NCBI GenBank assembly: GCA_051294375.1
Contig: CM119266.1
Location: 4,106,931-4,170,930, forward strand
Length of the DNA stretch: 64,000 nt
Origin: Paraspadella gotoi
Lineage: Eukaryota > Animalia > Chaetognatha
Direction: 5' to 3'
Below are positions 29,170-43,600 of the stretch, piece after piece; position 1 is the stretch's first letter, and each line of letters begins with the position of its first letter. The notes beneath the pieces are model-generated. The model was given only the letters and a program-made list of their open reading frames with translations. It made no database searches and had not been told where the DNA came from. The translations under genes and the position numbers were made by a program.

Positions 29170-30776
29170 TGTCTCACGCGTCTCTCTCCCCTACAGGTGC
29201 CAAAACTTTTAAAAGGAATTTCAATAACAAACGAAAAAATATACCCGGTAGAGAGAATGAGACAGAGAGAGAGCGAAAGAGAGAGAGAGAAAGAGAGAGA
29301 GATATATATTCTCCTCCCTCTTTTTTTAATCAATTGGAATGAACCAATAGGCCTCAATTATTCACACCAAACCGACAGAAAAAAAGTTTTACTTTTTCCT
29401 TCTTTTTTGAAAAAAGCCGCCGACATTGTGATCGGACGGATGAACTGACGGACGGAAAAATAAATATGTTTTATGTCTCATAATTAAAAAGAAAAATTAA
29501 AGAAAATCTCTTTCTAGCAAATTCTTTTTTTCATTTTGTGTAAAATATATAAATGTTGGTGGGTGGGTGGGTGGTCCGATTCTGTCTGTGAGTTTTGAAA
29601 ACGATACAACAAATTCAGGGTATATTTTTTAAAGCGCCCAATTTCTGTTCCTTGATCCCTGAATTTAATTTTAACCTTAATATTTAATAATAATAATCTG
29701 TTACCAAACCAATCTTTATCTTCATTTAATTTAAACATATTTTGTTCTATGATTAAAAAGTGTGAGGTCAGTCTCCACCTCCTCTTCCTCCTCCTCCTCC
29801 TTTTCCTCCTCCTCCTCCTCCTCTTACCCTAAAAACCTCCCATCGTCTTCTCTCCCTCTAGCGGCGTCGTTTCTGTCTTCACTCGGCGCCAGAAAGTCGC
29901 GAGATTCCATGAAGATGGCGCCGAAAAGTCGGCGGAGGCGCCGAGACGCGTCGCCGGCAGCCGGAAACGGGTCGGCGGCGTCAAGAACGATGAAGACGAC
30001 GACGACGACGACGACTACGACGACGTCCAGGCGTTCCTCTTCGCCAGACAAAGGAATGAAGTCGACTCAATTAAATCAGAATTTTGGATTTTTCTTTCTC
30101 TTTTTTTCCTTGTTCTTTATTATCTTTGGTCTCGTTATAATTTTCTTTCTGATACTAATTATCATTCTAATTATCATTTTAATTATATTTTAATTTTCAT
30201 TCTAGTTCTCATTTTAATTTTATTCTAGTTATCATTTTAATTCTAATTTTCATTTTCATTTTAATTCTCATCTTAATTTCATTATAATTCTCATGTATTT
30301 CTCGCCGATTTCCCAAACCGCTCTCGTCTTTTCTCGATAAAATCCTTTTCCCGCCGTCGACGTCATCCTTACCGGAAGTCGAGTGTACAATTAATCGGCG
30401 ACGCCGGCCGTCTACGTCTCGCGTCACTGTGGCGCCATTTAATGGCGCCCGGGCGTCGCTTAATCGCTACTCGAAACGTCATCAACGCGTCTGAACGACT
30501 GGGCCGCTAACAGCCTTTCAACCGGGGGTCGCTAACCGGGCACGATTGGATCTAGTATCGTCCCATCCCCAATTTCTCTCCCTCCCCCTTCCTCTCTCCC
30601 TCCCTTCCCTACCCGCTCCCTTCCATCCCTCCTGCCTCCCTTCCCCTCCCCCTCCCTTCCCATCCCGCCCTCCCGCCCTTTAACCCACTTTCAGAATCAT
30701 TCTAGTCTATTTCGGCTGCCATCGGGTCATATCAAAACCATTACCACGTGGATGAAAGCGAAGCCTGGTGAAATAG

Positions 30777-30845
<69 letters not shown>

Positions 30846-31427
30846 TCGCGTTTGAAGTGGAAATAAACTTAGAGAACGTCAAAAATCCTTATTAGTTTTT
30901 ATTATTATTTATTAATTTAATATTATTTGGATATTATTTTGGTATTTATAAATTAATTCGTTTTACCAAAATTACCTAAATTCCTTCAAATATCTATTGT
31001 TTTCTGAAAAAAAAAATATGCGACGAGCGTCAATTAAAAATCATTTGTCTTTTTTTTTCAATCCTCGCTTCGAATCTAATTTGCATATTATATTTATTTT
31101 TACAAACTACGTAAAATACGAAATGACCGCGGTCGAAATCTTAGATGTACGCTACCGACTCCCCCCCCCCACGCCTCCCAGTCATTCCCCCCCCCCACCG
31201 AAGAAGTTTCCGTCTGGCGCCATCTTGTCGGGACGTCTCTTCGATAACGACGACTCTGGCGCCCGGGACGACGTCGTTTAGACGCCCGGGCATCCTGGGC
31301 CGGCATCATTAACCGCCATTACTACGCGCCCGCTGCTCCTCATCTTCCTCCTCCTCCAGAGTGGAATCAACAAAAGTGCGATGGAATCGTAACTCGATTC
31401 CATTTCCAAATAAGGAAAATAGTTTGT

Positions 31428-31463
<36 letters not shown>

Positions 31464-31975
31464 CAGAGGAAACTAGGGAGAGATTTAGATAGAGATAGAG
31501 ACAGAAATTAGTTTGGAACTTGAGAAAAAAAAATTATGATTTAGAATCGCAAACTAGCGAACTCCGCTTTTGCCGACGTCATTTCAAAGAAAAAAAATTA
31601 TTTCATTTTTTTATTTATTTATTTTTTTCTGTATTAAAAATGAAAGAGAAAGAGATGGAGAGTGGGGAAGACCTCGTAGACGACTACCCTGAGGAGGATG
31701 TGGTTTTTGTGGGCGACCTTAATTACAGTAAAAAGGTTCGTTGTTTCGGACCACAATTGACACATTTCGACAATATCCAAAAATGGGCCAAATCCAACAT
31801 ATTAACTTAAATAAAAACGTAAGAATATATCCAAAAGATCTGGCCTAAAGATATAGAAATAATTATTAATTATTAATTAATTATTAATAAATGCTTTTTA
31901 TTATTTTCATTCGTGGGAAGTTCCAAACCTTTTCATGATTGAGCGCTTTTCCTAGGACCTAGCAGACGATATTTA

Positions 31976-31988
31976 GTCTCTTAGCAAC
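31976..31988 (+). promoter_or_regulatory. RFX X-box upstream of DNAI7
   Basis: GTCTCTTAGCAAC about 170 bp upstream of the inferred ATG of a ciliary gene, followed immediately by forkhead-like GTAAAC. X-boxes are typical of ciliary gene promoters. Confidence 0.6.
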
Positions 31989-32157
31989 GAGTAAACCAGT
32001 CGAATGTCGAAATCTCGACAAGGATAAAACTCCTAAAAAGTTGACTTTCTTTATGAAAATAACAAAATGTACCTTTTAGTTTTACGCACATTAAAAGCCT
32101 AAATTTTAAAGTCGAAATATCTATTAAAATTAGAACGATTTTGTAGAAGATAAAAAA

Positions 32158-34799
32158 ATGGTAAGTTTTTCCAGATGACGTTTTTTCAATGGTTCATTTC
32201 GTTCGTCAAGCATTAGTATTAGAAAAGTTTAAATTTCGCAAATACAAATTATTTAATATTTTGTTGGAAATGTTTTCGTTAACAATATTTTTACTCAATC
32301 TTTCTCATGCTTGCTTTCTAATGTTTTTGATTCTCCCCCTTTTCTATATTCTTTCCTTTACTTTCCTCCATAATTTTCTTTCCTCCCTCTCTTTTCTATT
32401 TTTACTTTCCTCCCTTTTCCCCTTTTTTTCTTTTCTTTCCTTTCCTCTCTCTTCACCTCCCTCCTTTCCTCCCTTATTTTCTCCCTTCTTTCCTCCATCC
32501 TTCCCTCCCTTTTTTCCTCCCTCCTGTCCTCCTTCTTTTCCTTTCCTCCCTTTGCTTTCCTCCCTTTCTTTCCTTCTTTTTCTTTCCTCCCTCCTTTCCT
32601 CTCTTCCCTCCCCTTTCCTTTTCTTTCCTCCCTTCTTTCCTTTCCTCCTTTTCCTCCCTTCCTTCCCTCCCTCCTTTCCTCCCTTCTTTCCTTTCATTTC
32701 CTTTCCTCCCTCCTTCCCTCCTTTTTTTTCTTCCCTTTCCTTCCCTCCTTCTCTCTTTTCCTTTCCTCCCTCCTTTCCTTCCTTCCCTCCCTTTCCTTTC
32801 TTTTCCTCCCTTTCCTTTCTTTTCCTCCCTCCTTTCCTCCCTTTCCTTTCCTTTCATCCTTCTTTTCTTTCCTCCCTTCCCTTTCCTTTCCTCCCTTTCC
32901 TTTCCTCCCTCCCCTTTTCTTCCCTTCCTTTCCTTTCCTTTCCTCCCATTACTTTCCTCCCTACCCTTTCCTTCCCTCCCTTTCCTTTCCTTTCCTCCCT
33001 TTCCTTTCCTCCCTTTCAGCCTCCCAAGAAGAAACTGACAAAGGCGGAGAAGGAGAAGCTGAAGGCGGAGGAGGCGGAGAGGAGAGCGAAGGAAGAGGAG
33101 GAGGCGAGGATTCGGATGGAGTTGGAGGAGAGAGAGAGGAGAGAGAGGGAGAGACTGGAGGCGGAGGAGAGGGCAAGACTGGAGGAACTGGTAACTTATC
33201 ATACTCATTATAATTTTAGTAATATTGACAATGTGATCTTTAGTAACTAGATAACTAGTGACTCGTAAAAGTACAATTTTTTATCTCGATTTTTCATAAT
33301 TGAGATTAATCAATATTTTCAATACAATTTTAATCTTTATCTTATTGATGATAATAATGATAATTATGTGTACTAAAAGTGAAATGTTTATTTTAATTCT
33401 TATTTTTTCTTGATCTTTACGATGATACCAGATTACTATAAATAGTTATATTAATTAATATTTTATTAATTCAATTTGTATCTTGCGTTTTATGAATTTA
33501 CTTTTTGATAATTATACTTACAAAACAAGTTTTTGGTTATTCTTTATTATTATTATTATTAAAGGTTAATTATAATAATAATAACCTTTTTATCTTATTT
33601 TTTAAGTATAATTAATATTACAAACAATACAATTTTCATCTTACGATCGAAATAACAATTCATGATTTATCGAATTGGATAAATTAAAGGAACGCATCCG
33701 AAGAAACGCGCAGATGCTCGAACTCAACGCCATCTACGATTCGATGAAGACGACGCTGAATCAGATGCAAGAAGAGTATGTCGTGCAGGTGCAGTAAGAG
33801 TTGGGATCAGATGCAGGAAGTGCAGTAAGAGTTGGCTGACCTTTAAATTATACGCTGAAGAAACTTTATGCCATCGAACCGCACTGACAGTTAGAGTGAT
33901 CATTTGTTTTTACAAGTTTTACTTCTAATCTCATTTGCATATTATTTTTATTTTAACTTAGTACCTAATTTTACAAGAATTAAATATATTTTTTGAAGAA
34001 TTAGTTGTCTTTGTCTCTGCTAAATATTCGTTTCAATGACTTTTTACTGTCAATTTAAGAGCATTAAAATTCTAAGTAGTCAAACTAAAAGGAGTACGTC
34101 AAAATGAGTTGTTCTCTTAGTAATCGCAGCGCAATTAAACACTATAAAAAACTGGCCTTACCCTCTGCAGCGAAAATGGGACAGATACATGAGATGCGAC
34201 GGATCTCCCGACCCGACCATTCCTGGCGAAATCAATACTTACCTCAACATTCAAAGAGAAGAGAATGACCAGATCACTTTTGATGAAGTGCTGGCCGAAT
34301 CAACGCTCATTCTCTCGGTGAGATAGAGAGAGAGAGAGAGAGAGTAGGGAGTGAAAGTGAGAAGAGAGAGGGGAGAGAGAAAGAGAATAAGAGAGTGAGG
34401 AAGAGAAAAACACTTATCACCACAGATTGGAATCTTTTTCCTTACTTTCATCCCTTCCCCCTCCCTCTGTCCTCCCCTGTCTCCTCCCCTTCATTGATCC
34501 CCTCTTTAATCCCCTCCCCTTCATTGATCTCCTCTCTAATCCCCTCCCCGCCTCCCCTCCAACTTCAGCTCATCGAAGAACTCCACTTTATAGTCGACGA
34601 TTCTCCGCCGACTGAGCTTCCTCCAGTCAAAGCGCAAGAGTTAAAGGAGGTGAGGGGATGGCTGCGGCGGAGGCGGCGCCGCAGCGGCGTGGGGCATGAG
34701 CTGCTGCGGAGGTGGCGGCGGAAGCTGCGTCGCAGGGCGACGGGGGGTAGCAGTAGCGGCAGGAAGGGAGGGGCAGCGTCGAGTACGATAATAATTTCT

Positions 34800-34837
<38 letters not shown>

Positions 34838-35439
34838 CTCTCTCTCCTCCTCCTCCCCTGCCCCCTTCCATAGACCATCCTGCAATTGGAATCCCTCTTG
34901 CAATTCAAACTGGACCAAGGAAGTCATCGAGTCTTTCGCGACGCCAGCGTCTTGTCCGATCAGGAGACGGGAAATCTGCAGAAGTCTTTCGGCGGAGACG
35001 TGATCACTTTGAGCTGTTGGGCCAATCTGAGCAAGAATCCCAGGTGAGGGGGGGTCGTCATCGGCGGAAAAGGGGGGGCATCGTTTTGAGACTAAACGAA
35101 CAAAATGATCATGACAAAAACTAATTGGAACAAACATAAATAAACAGAGCAAAAAAGCAAATGATAGAAAAAAATAAATAAACAAGTCAATTAAAACAAA
35201 AACAAACAAAACAAATTAGGGATAAACAAAAGTTCAAACAACAAAACAGTTCAAAATATAACAAAACGAATAACAAATGAAGAAATAAACTGAGAAACAA
35301 AAGTGCGTCGTTTGAGCGGTTTATGTTTCTTTATCTAAATTACGATGAGGTTTGACCCTGTTGAGTCCGTGTGAACCAGAGAAATTCTCGCGGAGAGGAA
35401 TTTGTGAAGAGGCGCCTTGTGAAGTGAGGAAAAGATAAC

Positions 35440-35496
<57 letters not shown>

Positions 35497-35773
35497 GGGG
35501 AGATTAAGTCTTCTTTAACGGAAGAGTTTAACTCTATTGTGAATTGTTTTGTAAAATGGAAAAGAGGGAGAGAGAGGGGGTTAAAAACAGTGATGAAGAA
35601 GCGAGAGAGAGAGAGAGAAAAAAAGAAAGAGAGAGAGAGAGAGAGAATCCAGAAAAGAATAAATATTAAGAAAGAGTGTAGAAAAGGATGGAAGGTTGAA
35701 AGTGACTGTTTCTCAACCTTGAGCCAATAATTTTTATTATTCAGACGTTTATTCCTCATTTTTCTTTGCACTC

Positions 35774-35828
<55 letters not shown>

Positions 35829-37552
35829 TTCTTTTCCCAGACTCTTTCCGTTCCCATCTACATTCGCGTCTCCTTATGTCTTTACGACTTTTCGACTGTA
35901 GATGGAGCTTCAACGAAAACAAAGAATCTTTTGTTTTCTTTTTTTTCAGATTCTTTCTTTCTTTTTTTCTTTTTTTGATTTAAAGGAAAAAAAGAAGTCG
36001 CATTTAAATTTGACCCCAAATTCCCACTTATGTCGACGTGAACTTTAGCATTTTATGATTGCGGCGATATTAGTGGTAATAGAGGTATTACTATAAAATG
36101 ATAAATATTAAATCAATAAATACAACTTCTCACCTACTTACTTTCCTATTTATCACCTCTGGCCCACAACGTTCTCAAAATACTGACAAAATCAGTTGAG
36201 TGTATAACAAATATATTAAATAATCAACTAATGACAGCATAATTCGTACAATTGTACATTTTACGAAGACATTACAATCCAATGTACAGTCACTAAAAAC
36301 CGACCAAAGCCAAGCAAAGACAGTCCTTCAGTTTACATTTAATACAAAAAAAAATATTAAACAATACTATAATCAAGAGACATATATAATAAATTTACTT
36401 TATTTTAATTTAAAAATACTATTTCAGGAACCGAACAAATCATTTTTTTTACAAATCAATTTTTTTGGGGTTTTTCATCGAAGCGATTATTCAGTTTAAT
36501 TTTAATGTTAGTAATCAACAATACGAAACTCAGAACAAATTCGCGAAATTTATTTTATTTTAATTCAACTTAAAAACATGAACGGTAATTCAGTGTGTTG
36601 CGCCGCAGTGACTGCCTTATCACGTGTGTTTCGTGACATGACATGACATTACCTGATATGACGACATGACATGACATGACTACCATAACTTTTTTAGCCC
36701 GTGTATTTATGACAAGCACTGCATCGGAATTTTGTCTTTTGTGCATTATTTCCTGAAGGCGTCGCTAACAGTCTTAACAAATGAGCAACCAACTATATGC
36801 AATACAATACAATACAATACAATGTGAGCATTTTCAACTTAAGTTGAACAGACCGACGGACAGACATACTGACCGACCGAGCAAAAACATACGATAAACG
36901 TTCTTTTCAACCCCTCAGGCTCAAGTTCCAGACCTTCACCGGCCCAGCGGCGGGACTCGTCTTCGAAGTGCCCCGCCCACTGACGCTGGCCGATTGCGCC
37001 GTCCGTCTCCTCCGCACGGAATTTGATCACTTGTCACATTTGTCGCCATTTTATCTTCCGCGAGTGAGAACGACGCCCGTTGTGGTGGAAGAGGAAGCGA
37101 CCACCAAGAAGACCGGTTCGAATGAAAAAAGGGGGGGTGGAGGTTAGGGGCCTTATTTTCCATGAACGCCCCATTTTATCTTAAATTCAAAATTAGATTA
37201 GTTTTTAAAAAAATAAAAATAAGGTTAAGGATTAAGGATTAAAGATTAAGGATTAAGGTTAGGTTTATGAATAAGCGTTAGCGATTAGGGCTAGGGATTG
37301 GACTTTAAGTTTAAAAACTAATTTGGATTAAATATTAAGATTAAAATTAAATTATGGGTAAAAAAAACAGAAATGGAGAACTCTCGGAAAAGAGAGACGA
37401 AGTTTTGAGTTAGAAGGGGGGGGGTAGGAAATGGGGCAGATGAAAAAGGTGCGGGGTCTGGGGGCTTTGGACTGCGGGACCTTTTAGGGTCAGAGGCTTC
37501 GGATTCTTCTCAAAGTGTCTTGATGATTGTATGATTTATTCCGAGTTTGAAT

Positions 37553-37606
<54 letters not shown>

Positions 37607-40600
37607 GAGTTGGGTGTTTTTATTCAGTTTTACTAATCAATTTTCATTTTGAAATCTCATTTGATGGATTTTTCCTTGACCAAAAAACAAAAGCGCATCG
37701 CGGCAAAAAGAGTAGGTTCTCTCCGGGCAGAGAGAGAGAGAAAAAAATGAATTTAAGCGCCACACGCGGAACGGAAAATAAACTAAATTTAAAAAAATAG
37801 AGAAAGAAAACGAAAGGCTATCGGTCAATTAGCCAAGCACATTTACAGAAAAGCTATCTCTCCGCATGACAGAAATATAAAATGTGTTTTGCATGCAAAT
37901 CAGTAAAAAAAGAAAATTGTGTCGTCCCTTTCTTCTTTTCCATCGCACGCAAAATCCTTTTACTTCTTCGCTTTTGCTTCTTTTGCGGCAGCGGCTCAGC
38001 GGCGCCAGCAGAAGGCGCTGCTGCGGTACCGGGCGCAGCTGCTGTGGCACGCGGTGCGGCGCGAGTTGCTGTCGCCGGAAACGTTCGCCAAATTCCCGGT
38101 GCCGAAGCCGCCGCCGAGTTATTATAAAATTCCGCCTACGAAATCGAAAGTCATTCAAAAGACGACGAGTATAATTTGACGCGCGATTCTTTCTTTCTTT
38201 TTTTCTCGATGTCGCACGATTGACATTAGGGTGGATAGAATGACGAAAGTTAAGAAAATTCTCATTTATATTTAGAATAGTGTATCAAAACTTTTAAAAG
38301 TAATAAAAATAAGTACCACTGAAACAGATTTAACAATGGTTGAGCTTCACAGTTTTTACTTTATAATTCATCTTGTCCAAATTCGAAAAAATTGTTTTTG
38401 TATCATAAAAAAAATATAAAAAAGCAATTTAATTAAAAATTTAAATCTTAATTTTTTTATAAAAATATTAAAAACAATAATGACCAAAATTATTTTAAAT
38501 AAAATAAAAATTTTATAACTTTTTGTCATTAATCGCACAATAATGATTCAGTCTCGTCTTTGTCTTTAAACTGTGATCCAATTTTTTGGTCACTGCCTTT
38601 TTTTAGATTTCAATTATTAAAAAAATCGTCTGTCACACTTTGCATGTTGCAGAATATATACACATGTGGTGTGAAATTCTGTCGTAAACAATTCCACATT
38701 GAATGTTTAAATTACGCTATTTTTTTACCATAATAACGAATTAACGCTTTGCGTTCATTTATTTTCTTTTGTTTTCTCGCGATCGCAGAATCAAAGAAGA
38801 TGTCGCTTTCCGAGACGAAGGAAGGAAAAGATGGCGACAAAGATCCATTGGTAATAAAACCCTCAATACTCATTAAGGTTTAGCATGTATTTATTAGCAG
38901 AATTAGTAAATCGTAGTCAAGCAGTCATTAGCGATGGCCGCGTAGAGCACAGGCTTCGAAAAAATTTGGCTGTTGTTGTTTCTAAGTTTTGAAAATTGTC
39001 GTGAAATTTTATTAAATTATTTAGTTAGATAAAAAAGAAGCACTCTGTGAATAATTAATGTAATTTCCTTGTCCACAACTATTAGAACCTTGTACCAAGC
39101 TTAAGAAACGCTGCCCTGACCCTTAGAGATCTCATTAACATCAATAGTTCCAAGGTACTAAATAATTTGAATCAAATCAGGCATCTGTGTGTTTGTTAAA
39201 AAGTTGTTGGTTTCATATTTTGTACAACTTTTGATTCTATGATTATATTACTATTCATTTTTTCAAGTCAATAAGAATTGATTATGATTAATATTCATAT
39301 TGATAAAGTGTACAATTTTTACAGTGTCCAATTTTTCAAAAATTATATGGGATTTGTATTACAAACTCGTGAAGATGTTTATTATCGCAAAATTGTTCGC
39401 CTTTTAGTGATGTGACAAAATTCAAAAGCACCTACCGCATGTGTAACTTAAATGTTTTAGATATTTATAGATGCACCTGTTTTTGTTACTACTGCCTTTA
39501 TGTATTTTTTTATATTTAAAATATTTTCCGAATTGAATAATAATACATATCTAATTATTAGTTACCAAGCAAAAATACATGTTACGCTATAATTTCTCTT
39601 TTTTTAAATTTACTTTTTGAAAAGTGAAAACCGCCCCACCCTTTTTTTCGTCTTCTTCAGTCACGCGAGACGACGATGCCGCCCTCGCGCGGAGGAACTC
39701 AGACGGCGTCCGGGATGCAGCGCTCTTCGGGTCAAAGCGGCGCCGCAGCCGGTGCCGGCGCCGGAGGCGAGGAGAGCGAGACGGAGGACGAAAACAGAGA
39801 CCCCGCCACGCCGGAACCAGGTAAGGTCCTGAACTGGATATTGGGTAAGGTTCGTCTCACGTTAAGAGAAGAGAATGATCTCATCTATAGACTTTGGTTA
39901 GATAATAATTAATGAATATAATAATAAATAATGAATATGTAATAAACAGTGATGGTAGTTTTGTGATTATTTACAACTCAATAAATAGTTTTACAGAATC
40001 TCAGATTTTTCGGTAATTATTCGCTTTCGAAAACATTAATAAAATCTTTTATCCTTCGAATTAAAAATTTAAAGATTACCGCAACGAGAAAGGAGGTTAG
40101 TATGTCGCGTCTATGGTAGCGTCATAGTTTTTGCGAATAGCTATATCGATTTCGTAAATGTAAATAAGAGCTTTGCGCTTCTAGAGCGAGAAAAGTTATT
40201 CTTTTTTTAATCTTTGGAACGTCTGCATGCTTCTTATTGTCTTTATACATTTTTTAGAATTTAACTGATAATCTAATCTCCTAATCTTGTAAAGAATTTA
40301 TCATTTAGATGAGATATTTTATCCTTGCATTGTCAGTGCTACATAGAATAGATAAGAACCGCCCCCCCCCCGCATGACCGGAAAATAATCGAATGTGGTT
40401 TGACCTTTTATTTCATAAAGGATGACGGAATGCAATCTCGACTGGATAATATGAATGAGGTTCTATAATTGTTTATGAAGAGAGACCCTGATTAAAAATA
40501 TTTAATAAAATAAATTTATAGACAGTTCACATTTAAAAACCCTCTACAGTAAAGATCCGGTAACGCCCCCCCCAAGGTGGCGTAGATTAGTTTGTATTCC

Positions 40601-43600
40601 TCATCCTTTGTATTTTGAAAGTTGAGCTTAAGCTTAACACTTTGCAAGAAAATAAAAAAAAAACTTTGATTTTGTTTTGGGTCAGAATACATCGAATTTG
40701 CGGATTTTGCTGAGGCGGAGGACGTCGTCGATCTCCGCGCCTTCCAGGTTTTGGGCGGCGTCATGCATTTCGATCTCCTTCAACTTCCGCCTCAACCGAA
40801 AACCGTCAGGAATTGGACGATAACGCAAGGTATGTGTATTTGTTTATTTGTAATTGATAATACGGCGGGTCCGGAGACAATGGTCCACATTTGTTACAAA
40901 TAATACACGAAACTCAAGTCTCAAGAACATCAATCGAATCACTTACAATTAACTCGTCTCTCAAAGGAAATTCGAACGCTCGATGCTCTTTTTTTTCCTC
41001 TTTCGTAAACGCTTGAGGAGAAAAGACTGCTAGCTCCTTCTAACGGACTTTAGTAGCTAAAATTTGCGTATTAATAGAAAACAAATGCCATGTGCCCTTT
41101 ATTTTAAATCTTTTCGATATAGTATTTATGTCATAAATTATGATTAAATGTAAAATTAGGTTCAGAAAAAGATTAGGTAATTTTACAAATTAGTCCTCTT
41201 TAAGAGAAGAGAAATTAGGGATAAGTTATGATAGGTTATAAGTTATCATTTAATTTTACACCAACTAATTTTCCTACTGACGAAGTTGATCAGCCCGCGG
41301 TCATCAAGCGAATGACCTACGGGAAAGAATGGCGTCAAGGAGACGATACTTCGTCGGGCAGAGCGTCACGCGCGTCGGCCGTGTCCGCCTCTTCCGCCCC
41401 GAGTCGGCAAGGGCGAAATTCAGTAGCGGGACAGGTAAACCACTTTTTCGGCACTTGATGTCGCACGGTCACAACAGAATTTGGAAGATTTCACTTTAAA
41501 AATTTGCACCGCATTGAAAGGATGATGCCTCGGTAGAAATTAGTGAAGAGCACGGTGATCCAGCACAACCGCAATCCCAAAATGTAAACATGGGTTACAT
41601 ATTTCACGATAGAGCCGATCAACCTGTTAACAGGAATCAGCTCGCGGCCGTAGCACCGTCACAGGTCTGACAATCAACGTTCCACAATTATTAATTATTT
41701 TCTTCCATTTTAATAATTATTTTGTTCAAAAATTCAGGCAACAGTTACCGCACCTAAAAAGGATCCCAATCCACCGTTTGGACTTACGTTCAGGTATTTT
41801 TATCTTACATTTTTCTAATTCGGGGGAGGGGGTCATTTATTAATTAAAAATGAAAAATAATATTCAATAAATATTAATTTAAATGACATTTCCCTCCAAA
41901 TTCCAGGATCCCTAACGACTGCGTCTTTTTCGAACCGCCCGTCGTCGCTCGTTGGGATTACAATGATTTAGTTTGGAAGACGAGCGATATGGACGATCTC
42001 ATTTACGAAGAATGTCAGTTGTCAATGGTTACTCGTTTCTGTTTACCGTTTACCGTTTCGATCTCATACAACATTGTGTCATTTATTTGGTACAGCCACG
42101 AAGACGTATTCGTTCAAGACTTACAAATTCGGTCCCATCGCCTGTTTACAAGATCGCCATCTTAATTTCCCTTTTCAAGGATGGGAATTGCGTCCGCTAA
42201 GCGAATGCAGGTTATTTTTGGGAATTTTACGACAAATTAATTGATGAAAGAGACCGTGACCGAGAGGAGATCGTGGCCTTGCCTGTCTGTAAGTGTGGCG
42301 TGCCCAGTGAGTCGGGGATAATTTTACGTCAGTTGCCTTTCGGATCCGTCGGGAGGCTTGATACCGGTGGCTTACCAGGCAGGTAACTCTTTCGCAAGGA
42401 CCGTTCCGACCAGGGCTGTAACCCGATACCATTGGTTTCGGAGATGAAGCGTTAGCCCAATGCGCTATTACGGCGCTGATAGAAGGAACAGTCTTAGCGT
42501 TATTAAGTCACTACAAATTTTTAATTTCGTTCACTTTTTTTAGCGCGCTTTTCACGATTAACGCGGCGCTGATCGACGTTGAGATCGAAATCAAGGGTAA
42601 GACTCGTCACTTAACATACGTACTCGTCACTTAACATACGAGCTCATTTATTTTCGACATTTCTCTCAAGTAAAGTTTTTTCTTTGACTATAGGAAACAA
42701 ATGTTGCTTACGAAAGCCGACCGATGTTCCGCAAGTTCAAAGCTTTCTAGGAGAATGGGTTGTCCCCAAAACACTGATTAAAATATTGAGAAGCAAAGGA
42801 ATCAACGTTTTTCCTAACGAAGATTCGAGAAAATATGTACAAAACAGCTACAAGGTGATCTAGACAGAGGATGGGACTGAATAAAAATAATAAAGAGTAA
42901 TAATAATAATAAAGCTTAATAATTAATCCGAGTCTGCTGGAGATTTTAAACTTAGGATTTAATCTTTTTCACGATTTTTGCTTTAATGCTACATTAGAGA
43001 AGGAATATCCCTCATCCAAAAGTCCCGTTAAAACTTAAGGTAGGTATTAACACAAATTTGACTTGTTATATATGATAGAAAAAATGGATGCAAGAAAACA
43101 AAGCGGAACTGTGGGGATTATTTTTATTTCCGGAAGAATTCCTCGTTCCCGAGGAAGAACCGGCTCAAGAGGAGGACGACTTTTTCAGTTTTCTCGTCAA
43201 ACGTCAGTTTGTTAGGAATCTCAAAAATGCCGCTCTCATCGATTAATGTAAACCAATAATATAAACAGCCAAAGAGGAAGAACCAGAGCCCGAGCCTGTA
43301 AAAAAGGGAAAGAAAGGAAAGAAGGGAAAGTCGAAAAATAAAGGATCCATGGAATCAGGTGTTTATTTGCTTGATTCATTGCTTACTATATTCTTTGGTT
43401 ATAATTAATTAATTAATTAAATAAACTCCTCTTCGATTTTACACATGGGAATATCAGAATCTCAATCTTATTCGGTCTTGGGAGACAAATCCACGAGCTC
43501 TCGGTAAACCTGAAGAAATCGTTGATTTAAAAAAAAATATATATTTTACATACAAAGTTTCATGACTTTAGGCGGGAATCAGAAGAGACATCTAATTTGA

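Noticed and set aside
31640-31810. Short ORF with VVFVGDLN (endonuclease-like motif)
   Set aside because: A single motif in about 50 codons with no supporting context; at most a tiny LINE remnant.
32189-33250. 353-aa F/P/S-rich ORF and the antisense K/G/E-rich ORFs
   Set aside because: This is an intronic pyrimidine tract; only 33020-33190 is a real DNAI7 exon.
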